In this document: one piece after another, positions 20,048 to 30,016 of the stretch
How the letters are laid out: every line of letters begins with the position of its first letter
Position numbering within the stretch: the first letter of the stretch is position 1
DNA from: a virus
Taxonomy: Duplodnaviria; Heunggongvirae; Uroviricota; Caudoviricetes
IMG/VR virus record: IMGVR_UViG_2909739949_000002
Span: 18,529-82,528 of that record
Strand: one strand, 5' to 3'
DNA: 64,000 bases
Position numbers and translations under genes: made by a program
Notes under the pieces: model-generated
Told to the model about the DNA's origin: nothing
The model's input: the letters and a program-made list of their open reading frames with translations, nothing else
The model's database searches: none

Positions 20048-20275
20048 ATGGAACCTGGAAAGATAGAGAAGGCTATAGATGAAGCTACTCTAAAGATGAA
20101 GGATGCCGGGTTCCATATTTGGGATGCCATAGATCATATAAATGAAGTCTCTAAAGAGATACTTAATAGAGATGATTTATCTATTGATGATATGGCTGGC
20201 ATTATTGAATATAAAGGTGAAGAAGTAGTAGTCCTTTATGAAGAATTAGAAGATTGGTCTAAAGGTTTACCTTAA
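20048..20275 (+). CDS. hypothetical protein
   Basis: AGGTGA SD. Confidence 0.45.
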   Translation: MEPGKIEKAIDEATLKMKDAGFHIWDAIDHINEVSKEILNRDDLSIDDMAGIIEYKGEEVVVLYEELEDWSKGLP

Positions 20276-20524
20276 CTTGCCTTAATCTAGTATCTAGATT
20301 AGAAGTGAGGGGTTGGCAACTCTCCTATTCACCTTCTAAGGTGAGCAGTATCCCCAACCACGCAACCCATGTATCTAATCTCTTAGTAATCTACGGTTAA
20401 TAGGTCGGGATTTAGTAGTTTAAGCAAGGGCACCATACTACATAATCCCGATTGATTTAATGTAGATTATATAAAAAGAGATTAGATACTTTTCTTAGTA
20501 ACTATAAACAAGGAGAAAGATAAC

Positions 20525-21187
20525 ATGTCTAACTATAAAAGCCGCCCTTTAAATGCTTCATTCAAGATTAACTTAATAAAGAATAATGAGAAGGATACTA
20601 GTACCTTTGGTATTGGTGCTGTGAAGATGAAGAATGCAGAAGGGCAAGAAGAAGATATATATACCATTACTGGTGAACTCTCTCAAGTTAATGAAGAGGT
20701 AGAAGTAAGAGGTGTAAATAGAATGAATATTGGCAGCAGCTTCTATGGACTAAGAGCAGTAGTACGTATGCCTAAGACTCTTAAGGAAAGAATAGAAAAG
20801 GAAGCTAGAGAGTGGTATCAGACCGCCAGAAATGATGGTGACTATAATCCATTAATCGGTATTGAGTTTAAGGTGCCATTTATTCCTAACCCTACTAAGA
20901 TGGAATCTATCAATCCTAGTGATAGTATGGCTAGTAAGAATGTTATCTTTCTTGTAGGAGAGGATAACTATGTAGGTATTACCTATGGTGATATTATTCG
21001 TACTGCTGAATCCCTTAAGGAGGAAACAGATAGAGCATTTGAATTAACTAAGAAAGCTAAGGATAATTATTGGGCTAATATCTGGCCTGTAAGAATGGCT
21101 AATAGAATTAGTCAGTTGGCTAATACTGATATTGGTGAATTAACTAGTGCCGCCCTAGGTAAGAAGAAGAAAGAGAAAACTAAATAG
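20525..21187 (+). CDS. hypothetical protein
   Basis: AAGGAG SD. Confidence 0.5.
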   Translation: MSNYKSRPLNASFKINLIKNNEKDTSTFGIGAVKMKNAEGQEEDIYTITGELSQVNEEVEVRGVNRMNIGSSFYGLRAVVRMPKTLKERIEKEAREWYQTARNDGDYNPLIGIEFKVPFIPNPTKMESINPSDSMASKNVIFLVGEDNYVGITYGDIIRTAESLKEETDRAFELTKKAKDNYWANIWPVRMANRISQLANTDIGELTSAALGKKKKEKTK

Positions 21188-21193
21188 ATAATA

Positions 21194-21232
21194 ATTATCC
21201 CTATTAGAACTCTCCTCTAATAGGGATAATAG
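21194..21232. repeat. 14-bp perfect hairpin ATTATCCCTATTAG-N10-CTAATAGGGATAAT (family B)
   Basis: immediately after stop codon. Confidence 0.55.
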
Positions 21233-21270
21233 ATACTTAATTTAAAGATAAAGTAAATGGAGAGATAGCT

Positions 21271-21657
21271 ATGCAATTAGCTAATGCCTTAAGACAGTTA
21301 ACAGTTCAACAAGTAGGAAATAAGTTAGAGATATATAGAAGGTTTTATATCTTTCCACTCCTATGGAGAATAAGAAGTGGAAATGATATAGCAGCTAAAG
21401 AATCATTTCAAGTTATCTTAGATGAGTCTAATATAAGAGATATTAATTATTATGATCTAATAGCTTCAAGTCTAGAAGGTAAATATACTCTACCTGAATT
21501 CATTAATGACAATATAGATGAATGGATGGAATGTATTAAGTTTCTAGCTTATGGTAATAGTGAAATAGAAAGAACTCTGCCTGATTGGTTATATAACAAT
21601 GCTAATAAGGTAGCTCTTGATGCTATTAGAGAAGAATTATTAGTCTACTGTATGTAA
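21271..21657 (+). CDS. hypothetical protein
   Basis: GGAGAG SD. Confidence 0.5.
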   Translation: MQLANALRQLTVQQVGNKLEIYRRFYIFPLLWRIRSGNDIAAKESFQVILDESNIRDINYYDLIASSLEGKYTLPEFINDNIDEWMECIKFLAYGNSEIERTLPDWLYNNANKVALDAIREELLVYCM

Positions 21658-21686
21658 GTTATTATTTAAATTGACATAGTCAATAG

Positions 21687-21730
21687 GAGACCGCTTTATA
21701 TAAACAAGGCGGTCTCTTTCTCTTTTCTCT
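21687..21730 (+). terminator. rho-independent terminator
   Basis: GAGACCGC...GCGGTCTC stem followed by TTTCTCTTTTCTC. Confidence 0.65.
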
Positions 21731-21750
21731 ATCCTATAAGGAGCAATAGA

Positions 21751-22473
21751 ATGCTATTAAAGAACGGTCTAGGTAAAGTAGATTCTCTTAAGAAAGTAAT
21801 ACTACCTAATCAAGAAGAAGTATCAGTGCCATCTACTGATAAAAATAATCTACATCTACTAAGAAAGGTACTAGAACAACAAAAAGCCACCCTTAATAAT
21901 CAATTGGATACTAATGATATCCTTACTCAAATAGTAGATAGCTGGTTATCTAATAAGGCGCTTGCATCTTCGACACAAGTTGAAGAGGATAGTCCAGCCG
22001 CCAAGTCTAGTAATGGAATAGATAATAGTACTAGTAATGATAGAACTGTCTCTAATGAGAATACAGTTAAAAAACAAAAACCTAATTGGGTCTGGGGTGA
22101 ACAAGAGTATAAAGGAAGGATTATAAATATAATCGAACCTGTAACTTTTAAAGACTTTCAAGGTTTACATAAAGTTAACTACAAGGCTAAAAGAATGATT
22201 AGCCCTGAAGGAGTAGCATACTTCATTCCCTGTGTATCTACCTTCTGTGAAAAGTTTAATTTAGTAAAAGAAGATCCTAAAAGTAACAGTAAGAAATCTA
22301 AAGAAAAATGGGTTAAAGATGAGAGACCAAGCCATTATAATAGCTGGCTAAACTACTATAGTTATGCTGTTAAACACCCAAAAATAAAGGTAATTAAGTG
22401 CAACTGGACTATGGCACCTGGGCTATTTCCAGAGTTAGAGCCATATATTGAGACTTTCAAGAATCTCTTTTAA
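21751..22473 (+). CDS. hypothetical protein
   Basis: AAGGAG SD. Confidence 0.5.
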   Translation: MLLKNGLGKVDSLKKVILPNQEEVSVPSTDKNNLHLLRKVLEQQKATLNNQLDTNDILTQIVDSWLSNKALASSTQVEEDSPAAKSSNGIDNSTSNDRTVSNENTVKKQKPNWVWGEQEYKGRIINIIEPVTFKDFQGLHKVNYKAKRMISPEGVAYFIPCVSTFCEKFNLVKEDPKSNSKKSKEKWVKDERPSHYNSWLNYYSYAVKHPKIKVIKCNWTMAPGLFPELEPYIETFKNLF

Positions 22474-22483
22474 TTTAAAGATA

Positions 22484-22531
22484 AAACTATTAGTTAGTTA
22501 TCTATTCTCTATTAGAAGAGCTAACTAATAG
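22484..22531. repeat. hairpin ACTATTAGTTAG...CTAACTAATAGT (family B)
   Basis: 12-bp perfect stem. Confidence 0.5.
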
Positions 22532-22559
22532 TAAATATATACATCTACCTGAGGTACTT

Positions 22560-23078
22560 ATGCTCATTAGAGGAAAAGTTCTAACTAATATACATTGCAA
22601 GCATGAACAAGAGCTAAATAAAAGAGATAAACCTAGATATGGAAGTATATGGTTTGCAATAGACGTAATTAAATTAAGTGGCAGTTGGTATTGTCCTAAC
22701 TTCTCTATAGGAAGAGATATTGATAAAGGAATAGATAAAGTAAGACCTATTCTAGAAATCAGTTATAGGGTAGAAAAGGAAGACTATTGGTTAGTTAGTG
22801 ACATGAGTATAGGTAAAAGGTATGAGATTAGTTTGATAGGCGGCCTCTATACCTCACCTAAACATATCAGAAGTATTGATACTACTAGACGGGTATTAAG
22901 CCTATATATTAAAGTATTAGGTCACAAAGATAATATAAGTCTAGTACAAGAGATTAAATCTACCAATATACCTAAAGGTGTTACTCCTAATAATATTGGT
23001 AGTGGTTCTCTTATCACTCTTATGATGGACAACAGTTTAAATGTCAAAGAAGAAACTATTTCCTGTAATAGTATCTAG
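22560..23078 (+). CDS. hypothetical protein
   Basis: GAGG SD. Confidence 0.45.
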   Translation: MLIRGKVLTNIHCKHEQELNKRDKPRYGSIWFAIDVIKLSGSWYCPNFSIGRDIDKGIDKVRPILEISYRVEKEDYWLVSDMSIGKRYEISLIGGLYTSPKHIRSIDTTRRVLSLYIKVLGHKDNISLVQEIKSTNIPKGVTPNNIGSGSLITLMMDNSLNVKEETISCNSI

Positions 23079-23664
23079 TATACTATTAGCCTTTATATTG
23101 CCGTTCTTATCTAGTAAAAGTAATGAACCAATTAAGAAAATAAATGTTAATTTATGCAGTGAGAAACCTCAAGAGGGGTTAATTAAAGGAGTAGTTACCA
23201 ATGTAGATGAAAGTATAGGCGGCTCCAGAAGAATTACTTTAAATGGGTCTGGTAATTGCCCAGCCTATATTGACACCCATATATCTGTTACTGAAGGTAT
23301 CCTTACTAAAGTAGGTAATCCTGTTAAATTCTATGGTGTGTTAAGTAATGGGCGCGTTTCTAGAATTAGAAATGTTGAATATAGTTGGGATGCTACTGAT
23401 AATAGTGGTAGAATTAGCCCGCTATTAGAAGTTAATGTTACCTTATCCTACAAACCTTTATGGGAACACCCTAATGACAAGTTCGTTAGAGTAAACCTAT
23501 ATACAAAAGTAAAAGATAAAGCTAATAAGAGTAACATTAATAATGAGCCCCAATATATCTCTATCTATTTCAATAGAGATATGTATTCAAAGATTTCTAT
23601 TGGTAAAAACTACACATTTCTTATAGAGAGATATAGTAATGAAGTAGTGCAAGTAATAGAGTAA
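23041..23664 (+). CDS. secreted hypothetical protein
   Basis: signal-peptide-like N-terminus; overlaps previous ORF end. Confidence 0.45.
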   Translation: MSKKKLFPVIVSSILLAFILPFLSSKSNEPIKKINVNLCSEKPQEGLIKGVVTNVDESIGGSRRITLNGSGNCPAYIDTHISVTEGILTKVGNPVKFYGVLSNGRVSRIRNVEYSWDATDNSGRISPLLEVNVTLSYKPLWEHPNDKFVRVNLYTKVKDKANKSNINNEPQYISIYFNRDMYSKISIGKNYTFLIERYSNEVVQVIE

Positions 23665-23667
23665 ATT

Positions 23668-23702
23668 ATGTGCCTGCTATTTAACTAGCAGGTACATAAA
23701 AA
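23668..23702. other. 13-bp hairpin TATGTGCCTGCTA/TAGCAGGTACATA
   Basis: stem-loop after gene; followed by an A-run rather than a T-run. Confidence 0.4.
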
Positions 23703-23729
23703 GAATAATAAATAAAAGGATGAGAAAAG

Positions 23730-24755
23730 ATGAGTGAAGTTATATGGGGAATAGTAAGTGGTATATTAATAAGTCTTCTAATAAGAAGAATGAAAGGAAT
23801 AAGCGGCTTATTAATGTGGATTAGCTATGGTGGAGGAATAGGAGATGTAGTGAGATTAATAATAATAGAAGGAATTACTAGTAGTAATAGATTTAGTTAT
23901 GTATTTAATAAAGGAATAGTATTAGGGGCGGGCTTATTAGTTATATGTGGAGATCTAGGTAATAATCTTAAATTACCTAGAGAAGGACAATATATAGGTA
24001 TATTATTAAGTATGTATATATGGGGAAAGTTAATCAATAATAGTGGTATTAAGTTAGGTGGTTGGATTGGATGTGGAGCGTCTATTCTAATTACTCAAAT
24101 CTTTATGAAAGTAGAGATAAATAGTAATATAACGCCTATATTGCCTCTGTTAATCTGTATGTTAGGTATAGGAAGGATTCTAGAAGAAATAAAAGGAAAT
24201 AAAGATGAAGATGATGTAGATGATGAGATAAAAGATGATGATAGTATTGCTAAAAAGGGATATGTAGTAGGAATAATAAGTGCATTATTCTGGGGACTTC
24301 CTACTAAAGCACTAAATAAAGTAATAAGAGATACTAAAGATAAGCATTACATAAGTGTTCTAAATAATAGTAGTGAAGGTATCAGTAGCGGGCTTAGTTT
24401 AATAATGGTGCTAAGTAATGCAGGGGCGCGTAGCAATGTTAGTAGTATGATAGATAGCTATGTAGATGAGTTTAGTATCTATCAGAAGATAGGATTAATA
24501 ATTCTTAGTATAGTAATAAGTGTAATGACTTATTATTTAGTTAAGGATAAAGAATATGTGCCGCCCAAGAAAAGTTATTTATGGTTTAGTCTATTCATAT
24601 TAGTATGTTCTGTTATATATATCTGTGGTATATATATAGGAATACTAATGATAATTAGCGGCTTGTTAGTTAAAAGAATACTAAAATCTAGTAAAGCTCC
24701 TAGTGAATTAGCTATATGTGGAATAGCTAGCATACCTTTACTAAATTTAGTTTAA
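23730..24755 (+). CDS. polytopic membrane protein (341 aa)
   Basis: AAAGGATGAG SD; multiple TM segments; acidic loop KDEDDVDDE. Confidence 0.55.
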   Translation: MSEVIWGIVSGILISLLIRRMKGISGLLMWISYGGGIGDVVRLIIIEGITSSNRFSYVFNKGIVLGAGLLVICGDLGNNLKLPREGQYIGILLSMYIWGKLINNSGIKLGGWIGCGASILITQIFMKVEINSNITPILPLLICMLGIGRILEEIKGNKDEDDVDDEIKDDDSIAKKGYVVGIISALFWGLPTKALNKVIRDTKDKHYISVLNNSSEGISSGLSLIMVLSNAGARSNVSSMIDSYVDEFSIYQKIGLIILSIVISVMTYYLVKDKEYVPPKKSYLWFSLFILVCSVIYICGIYIGILMIISGLLVKRILKSSKAPSELAICGIASIPLLNLV

Positions 24756-24869
24756 GTTTAATATACACGGGCAAGTATCTCCTCTCCCTTCTAAGGAGTA
24801 GAAAGAGTAACTGGAAACATGAAGGTTCGATCCCTTTCTTGCTCACTACAAATAAATAAAAACCTAAAT

Positions 24870-24925
24870 AAAATAGAGTTATTTATAGTTAACATATTTA
24901 GTTTAACTATAAATAACTCTATTTT
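24870..24925. repeat. 23-bp perfect inverted repeat AAAATAGAGTTATTTATAGTTAA-N10-TTAACTATAAATAACTCTATTTT
   Basis: in 280-bp AT-rich intergenic region; nearby direct repeat GACAGCAA(A/G)AAAAC. Confidence 0.85.
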
Positions 24926-25036
24926 ATTTAATTTACTAAATAATAGTTAAATTTTAAGGTTTTAAATAAACTGACAGCAAAACAAACAATAAAGCTATAC
25001 AAATTTGTTTATTTTTACATAGACAGCAAGAAAACT

Positions 25037-25426
25037 ATGGAAGATAGAGAAAAGCTAAGAAATTTAGATTTCGATATTAGAAACAGAAGTAATAGACATA
25101 GAGATAATATTGTCTATATGAATAAAGCTTCTCTTAAAGAAAGAAAGGAAAAGATTAGGTTTCTATTAGAGATAGATAAGGAATATAAAGAGCAAGGAAG
25201 ATTAATAATAGAAACAGTAGAGAATTGGGATTATACAGTAGAAAAGAGTAATAAAAAGAAGATAAAAGAGGTTAGAAATAATATATTAAAAGGGGGAATA
25301 GTAGGAGGAATAGTAGGTATTGGATTAATAAGTAGTTTATGGATTATTGAGTATATAGGAGATAGGGAGAATATTAGAAGGGGCGCGATTTATCAAGAGA
25401 GGATAGAAATTAGATATGGAAAGTAA
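25037..25426 (+). CDS. hypothetical protein with C-terminal TM
   Basis: ORF 129 aa. Confidence 0.45.
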   Translation: MEDREKLRNLDFDIRNRSNRHRDNIVYMNKASLKERKEKIRFLLEIDKEYKEQGRLIIETVENWDYTVEKSNKKKIKEVRNNILKGGIVGGIVGIGLISSLWIIEYIGDRENIRRGAIYQERIEIRYGK

Positions 25427-25604
25427 CTTTCTAATTGAAGGAAAGTATTATCTCTATAAGAGAAAAAAGGAAGTTAAATATATTAAGGAGAGTTACTTAA
25501 ATAATATTAGAGGAAAGGCTTCTTATATATTTAAAGGTAGTAGAGGCGGCGAAATTAAGTTAAGTAATGAGAGTGTTAGAGAGCATATACAAGAAATGGA
25601 ATAA
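25416..25604 (+). CDS. hypothetical small protein
   Basis: overlapping start. Confidence 0.35.
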   Translation: MESNFLIEGKYYLYKRKKEVKYIKESYLNNIRGKASYIFKGSRGGEIKLSNESVREHIQEME

Positions 25605-25626
25605 ATAAGTAAGGAGTATAAGGTAA

Positions 25627-26109
25627 ATGAGTACTAATATTGAAAGATTAAATAGCTATTTAAAAGAGCAAGAATTAAGAGTAGCTAGAGCCTTAGGAGA
25701 GATTTACAATACTAATGAATATAAAAGGTATCTACAAGAAGTAGATATTCTAGAAGATATAAAAGCTAGTATTAAGAGAGAGGAGACGGCGCAGTTAGAG
25801 ATAAATAAAGAAAAGTTAATTAAACTAGGTTTCGAGTGTAGAACTGGGCATGAGATTGGGAGTACCAATGATGAGACTAGTATTGATGGTAGTGATTACA
25901 GATATGTGATAGTACATTCTAGTAAAAAGAGAATACTATCCATACTTAAGAGAACGTACAGTATTAGTGTTCAGTGGGAAGGAATAGAAGAAAGAAATGG
26001 TGGGTGGGGCTGGATATTAGGGGCTGGTGCGAGTGAAAAAGAGGCATGGATTACTGCCCTGTATAATGCAGAGGATAAGGGTGTATTAGAAGCTGCTATT
26101 AACGGGTAG
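25627..26109 (+). CDS. hypothetical protein
   Basis: AAGGAG SD. Confidence 0.5.
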   Translation: MSTNIERLNSYLKEQELRVARALGEIYNTNEYKRYLQEVDILEDIKASIKREETAQLEINKEKLIKLGFECRTGHEIGSTNDETSIDGSDYRYVIVHSSKKRILSILKRTYSISVQWEGIEERNGGWGWILGAGASEKEAWITALYNAEDKGVLEAAING

Positions 26110-26130
26110 ATAAAATATGCGATCGCAATA

Positions 26131-26160
26131 ATAGGCGGTTAGTTAAGCCGCCTATTATAT
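26131..26160 (+). terminator. ATAGGCGG-TTAGTTAA-GCCGCCTAT hairpin (family A)
   Basis: extended stem; flanked by a HIP1 site at 26119. Confidence 0.5.
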
Positions 26161-26183
26161 ATATAAATTATATTAAGTAATAT

Positions 26184-26675
26184 ATGGTAAATACTAAACC
26201 TAAAGTTGTAATAGATCATGTATATCTAGCAGAAGCAGAAGGATATCATGGTATATTAAGTCCTTTTCTTAAGAGATGTAAGATAGGAGTATCAGGTAAT
26301 GTAGACAAGAGAATGGCATCGTTAAATAAGAGTCAGCCACCTTGTAATATTCTAGAACTACATTCTATATATCATCCTGATGCTTATAAGATAGAGAAAT
26401 ATTTACATAATAAATATAATTATTGTCGAGTGAATCTATTAAATAGTGAAGAGTGGTTTGACTTGAACCCTATTGATTATCTAAGAGTTCATAGAGACCT
26501 TTATATAAAAGAAGGTAAAGAGTGGAATTATAGAAAGGATAAAGGAAAGGGGCCTTTAATTAAAACATTAATAGTATTGGTTACTAGTCTTATCCCTATA
26601 GCAATTATTTCTAATAAAGTTATTGAAGATTGTACTTATAATAAAGAACCTATTCCAATTATTAATAATAAATAG
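26184..26675 (+). CDS. GIY-YIG-like / T5orf172-like domain protein (tentative)
   Basis: VYLAE ... KIGVSGNVDKRMASLN resembles GIY...YIG-N-R motif arrangement. Confidence 0.35.
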   Translation: MVNTKPKVVIDHVYLAEAEGYHGILSPFLKRCKIGVSGNVDKRMASLNKSQPPCNILELHSIYHPDAYKIEKYLHNKYNYCRVNLLNSEEWFDLNPIDYLRVHRDLYIKEGKEWNYRKDKGKGPLIKTLIVLVTSLIPIAIISNKVIEDCTYNKEPIPIINNK

Positions 26676-26684
26676 ATTAGATTG

Positions 26685-26712
26685 GGCGGCTTAACTAGCC
26701 GCCTTATTTATT
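26685..26712 (+). terminator. GGCGGC-TTAACTA-GCCGCC hairpin + T-rich
   Basis: followed by TTATTTATTT. Confidence 0.55.
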
Positions 26713-26714
26713 TA

Positions 26715-27332
26715 ATGAGGACAGCAAAGATGGTCAGAGGATGGGGTAAAAGAAATAATAGTCCTAGTGATAATCCAGAAGATGAGAGATATGAGATACC
26801 TAAAAGAGATGATAATGAGATATATGAGGAGGTAGTTAGAGAATATAGAGAGTCTCTAAAGAATGCAGATTATAGTGATGGGGATGGTAGAAGAATACAT
26901 TGGGGCTGGATGATAACATGTATTGTTCTAATGGGTATAAGTATATGGTCTACTACAAGAGTAAATATAAAGAGTGGTAGAGATAATGAGAATTACAGAA
27001 AGGCTAAAGACAGTGTAAATAAAGTTCTCAGGGGAGAATCTGCAATTAGTCAATTGACATTAGGACATTATGCTACATATTGTATGCTTGGGGAAACAAG
27101 TAAAGAGTTTCTAAGTAAATCCCCAGACAGAGATAAGATAGTGGGAGAAATAGAAGAGGAGTATAATGACTTATCTAGGATTAATAAGAAAACAAACGAA
27201 CAAGAAAGAAGATGGGCAGAGTTGAAGGCTTTAATCAAAACTTTTAAGGAAAACGAAAGTAAGAAAAGAGATATGAAAGGAAAGATAATATGCAGAGGGA
27301 TTAAGATGTTTCCAAACATACGTATTAAATAG
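26715..27332 (+). CDS. hypothetical protein with TM segment
   Basis: track ORF start overlaps terminator; internal ATGs at 26715/26730 (GAGGA SD). Confidence 0.45.
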   Translation: MRTAKMVRGWGKRNNSPSDNPEDERYEIPKRDDNEIYEEVVREYRESLKNADYSDGDGRRIHWGWMITCIVLMGISIWSTTRVNIKSGRDNENYRKAKDSVNKVLRGESAISQLTLGHYATYCMLGETSKEFLSKSPDRDKIVGEIEEEYNDLSRINKKTNEQERRWAELKALIKTFKENESKKRDMKGKIICRGIKMFPNIRIK

Positions 27333-27338
27333 GAGACT

Positions 27339-27734
27339 ATGATGAAGAATGTATTTTATTTCTTTGCCTTAGTTACTTGTGTATTTCTTTTATATAAGAA
27401 TACTGAAAAGCAAAGACAAAAGAAAACTAATCATCTGTATCTCATAAAAGTAGAAACAGAAATAGAAGATAGAGAAGAAGATGAAGTATATGAATTAGGT
27501 AAAGAGGAAGCTAAAAGAGTTCACACCTCTTTTAGAGGAGAGCCAAACAAAGAAGTAGATGAAACCATAGATAGGATTAAATTATTTCCTATTTATAAAG
27601 GAGATGTAGACCAAGTAAGAGATATAACTGATTTCCTTAATGGAAAGGCAAAAGGGTCTGGTTTTGTTTGGATAGATACAGATTATATGACAGATGTGTA
27701 TCCACCTGAAGAAGAGAATGACTTAGAAGATTGA
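27339..27734 (+). CDS. 131-aa membrane-anchored acidic protein, paralog family C
   Basis: GGAG SD; N-terminal TM + YLIKVETE; tandem paralog of 27751 and similar to 46338. Confidence 0.5.
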   Translation: MMKNVFYFFALVTCVFLLYKNTEKQRQKKTNHLYLIKVETEIEDREEDEVYELGKEEAKRVHTSFRGEPNKEVDETIDRIKLFPIYKGDVDQVRDITDFLNGKAKGSGFVWIDTDYMTDVYPPEEENDLED

Positions 27735-27750
27735 TAAATAAGAACACAAT

Positions 27751-28146
27751 ATGAAGAATACTTTCTATTATCTAGCAATAATAACGTGCGGCATAACTCT
27801 TTACAAAGGAACCCAGAAAGAAAGTAATCAGAAAATTAACCATATCCATTTGATAAAGATAGAAACAGAACTAGAGAATGCCGGAGCAGAGAAGTGCTGC
27901 AATACAGCAGAAGAAGAAGCAAGACGAGTATGGGAAGAAAGTAGAGAAAGTTTCAAAGAAGAGATAGATGAAAAGATAGAAAGAATCTATGTTAGTCCTC
28001 TTCATGAAGGGGGTATTCTAAATGAAATAACAGATATCAAGAAGTTTCTTAGTGGAGAATCTGATCTTTCAGATCTATGGATAGATACAGATTTTATGTC
28101 TGATATATATCCATCTAATAGTGAAGATGAAGAATTAGAAGATTAA
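27751..28146 (+). CDS. 131-aa membrane-anchored acidic protein, paralog family C
   Basis: same length and motifs (HLIKIETE, WIDTDFMSD) as 27339. Confidence 0.5.
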   Translation: MKNTFYYLAIITCGITLYKGTQKESNQKINHIHLIKIETELENAGAEKCCNTAEEEARRVWEESRESFKEEIDEKIERIYVSPLHEGGILNEITDIKKFLSGESDLSDLWIDTDFMSDIYPSNSEDEELED

Positions 28147-28150
28147 TAAT

Positions 28151-28176
28151 ATAGGCGGCTAGTTAGGCCGCCTATA
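28151..28176 (+). terminator. ATAGGCGGC-TAGTTAG-GCCGCCTAT hairpin (family A)
   Basis: 9-bp stem after stop. Confidence 0.5.
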
Positions 28177-28446
28177 TTAACTAATTCCATGAGGAGGTAG
28201 TATTATAGCTGCCCTACTTAAATACTATCTCCTCATGGGTTTAGTAATAGGAATATATTATGTTAACAACAATACTAGGAGGAGTAATTAGCTTCTCCTT
28301 AAGTTTCTTAGTAGGTTATCTACTACAAGTAGATAATCAATTAAAGAATACAGAAGATCCAGATGATTAAATATTTTTTACTCAGAGAAAAATAACTTAA
28401 TCTGGAAAAGTTAGCGGCGGTAATTTTTTGAATTAGGAGTTTAGTA

Positions 28447-28581
28447 ATGCTGACAGCAGTAGTAGGAATTGTAGGGATAGCTAGTTGTTTATATCTATAT
28501 TCTATTCTTCTATCTATTAGAGAAAAAATAGAAGAAGAAATGATGACTAGTAATAGTAGTGATTTAGGAGAAGAAGAATGA
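28447..28581 (+). CDS. small membrane protein (44 aa), not in ORF track
   Basis: AGGAG SD; TM helix. Confidence 0.35.
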   Translation: MLTAVVGIVGIASCLYLYSILLSIREKIEEEMMTSNSSDLGEEE

Positions 28582-28724
28582 TAGTAGAGATAAGTGCAGC
28601 TTCAATAATAGCTACAGCAATAATAGCTACTATATTTCCATTGTATTTCCACTGGTTAAGACCTGATAAATGGTATCCAGATTTAGAAGAAGAGAATATA
28701 GAGGAGAGTGAAGAAAGTAATTAG
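28578..28724 (+). CDS. small membrane protein (48 aa), not in ORF track
   Basis: ATGA coupling; GGAGAAGAAGA SD; TM helix. Confidence 0.35.
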   Translation: MIVEISAASIIATAIIATIFPLYFHWLRPDKWYPDLEEENIEESEESN

Positions 28725-29115
28725 AGATGGTAAAGTAGCCGTCTTATATTCACCAGAATATGGGGCGGGCTGGTATAGTTGGCATAAGAAAGAAGAACTA
28801 TTATTTCTACCTGAGTTAGTAGAGATATTAGAGAGTTCAATTATTGGTTACAAGAAACTTTCTGAAAGTAGAAAGAAAGAAATAATAGGTACTACTTTAA
28901 TAAATACAGGAAGATATACATACTATCGCTATGAGAATGAAAGTGATAGTAAGTTTGTCTATGTAGATGAAGTAGATATAGATAATTCAATATATCTAGG
29001 AGGGTGTGTAGATTTAACTATTGAATGGATACCTAAAGGATTACCCTTTAGAGTAAGAGAATATGATGGCTTTGAGACCATAGACTATGGTGAGACAGGG
29101 TGGATTATATCCTAA
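28708..29115 (+). CDS. hypothetical protein
   Basis: GTG start; ORF 135 aa. Confidence 0.45.
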   Translation: MKKVIRDGKVAVLYSPEYGAGWYSWHKKEELLFLPELVEILESSIIGYKKLSESRKKEIIGTTLINTGRYTYYRYENESDSKFVYVDEVDIDNSIYLGGCVDLTIEWIPKGLPFRVREYDGFETIDYGETGWIIS

Positions 29116-29123
29116 GGTAGAAG

Positions 29124-29366
29124 ATGATTAAGAGAACGATAATCAGTTTGGTATCAGTAATTGATAGTGCCTTATCTATCTTCTCTATAACTAAGACTAA
29201 TAATTCAAATAGAGATCTAAGTAAAGCACTATCAGAAAGTGAAGCTATTCCTATAGGAAAGGGGAAATATGTAGTGTTTGATGGAAAAGGTGAGCCGCAA
29301 GAATTCTATTTAGAAGAAATGGAAATAGAAGTAGAACCATTTGATAATCAAGGATATCTGCCATGA
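29124..29366 (+). CDS. hypothetical small protein
   Basis: AAGGTAG SD. Confidence 0.45.
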   Translation: MIKRTIISLVSVIDSALSIFSITKTNNSNRDLSKALSESEAIPIGKGKYVVFDGKGEPQEFYLEEMEIEVEPFDNQGYLP

Positions 29367-30013
29367 ACTGGAATCAAGAACTGTTTGATAAATGGATTAA
29401 AGAGTTAAGAGAAGGAGGCCATAAGCAAATAAATGATATTTTAGGAGAAGAGGAAGAAGATGCTTATTGCTGTTTAGGTATCTTATGTATAGTTGCTTCT
29501 AATATAGAGAGACTATCTAATGCCTTAGAAAAAGATGAATATAGTAGTCTATGCTTCCCTCCAAAAGAAATAGCTGAAGAGCTAAGTTTAGATAGTCATA
29601 TTCAGCTATGGATGAGGGACTGTGAATATAAAGACATCCTTAAAGAAGATGTTTATCTACACAGCTATACAGTAGCTAACTACTTAGCCTATTTAAATGA
29701 CAATGAGAAGTGGGACTTTAATCAGATAGCTGATTGGCTGTTAACTCATTACTGCATATATCTAGAGAGAAGAGATAGGTTAGCTTCTGTTCAGCATGAT
29801 ATCTGGAGCCATTGGATGAATTATATGTGGACTAAGTGCTCTATTAATCCAGATGGTAGTAGAACTATTCCAGAAGAGTTAGTAGAAAGATGGACTAGGC
29901 AGATGAATAGTTCTTATAAAGAACTACCTATTGAAGAGAGAGATAGTGATATTAGACAGGCGGCTAAGATGATGAATGAATTAAATGTGATTTACGAGAT
30001 AGTAATGGAGTAA
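29363..30013 (+). CDS. hypothetical protein
   Basis: ATGA coupling. Confidence 0.5.
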   Translation: MNWNQELFDKWIKELREGGHKQINDILGEEEEDAYCCLGILCIVASNIERLSNALEKDEYSSLCFPPKEIAEELSLDSHIQLWMRDCEYKDILKEDVYLHSYTVANYLAYLNDNEKWDFNQIADWLLTHYCIYLERRDRLASVQHDIWSHWMNYMWTKCSINPDGSRTIPEELVERWTRQMNSSYKELPIEERDSDIRQAAKMMNELNVIYEIVME

Positions 30014-30016
30014 TAT

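Noticed and set aside
19678-20130. Minus-strand ORF of 150 aa overlapping several + genes, and similar antisense ORFs at 1323, 2034, 4885, 6423, 7944, 10696, 21946, 27068, 30969, 31666, 35116, 38153, 46059, 50579, 62316
   Set aside because: Each is fully embedded in a better-supported + strand gene, has no RBS, and has a low-complexity composition typical of antisense frames of AT-rich genes.
24762-24839. Possible tRNA: GGGCAAG...AAGG-TTCGATC-CCTT-CTTGCTC with anticodon-loop-like CTCC-CTTCTAA-GGAG
   Set aside because: There is no D-arm and the element spacing is wrong for a cloverleaf. It is probably a degenerate or fortuitous tRNA-like fragment.
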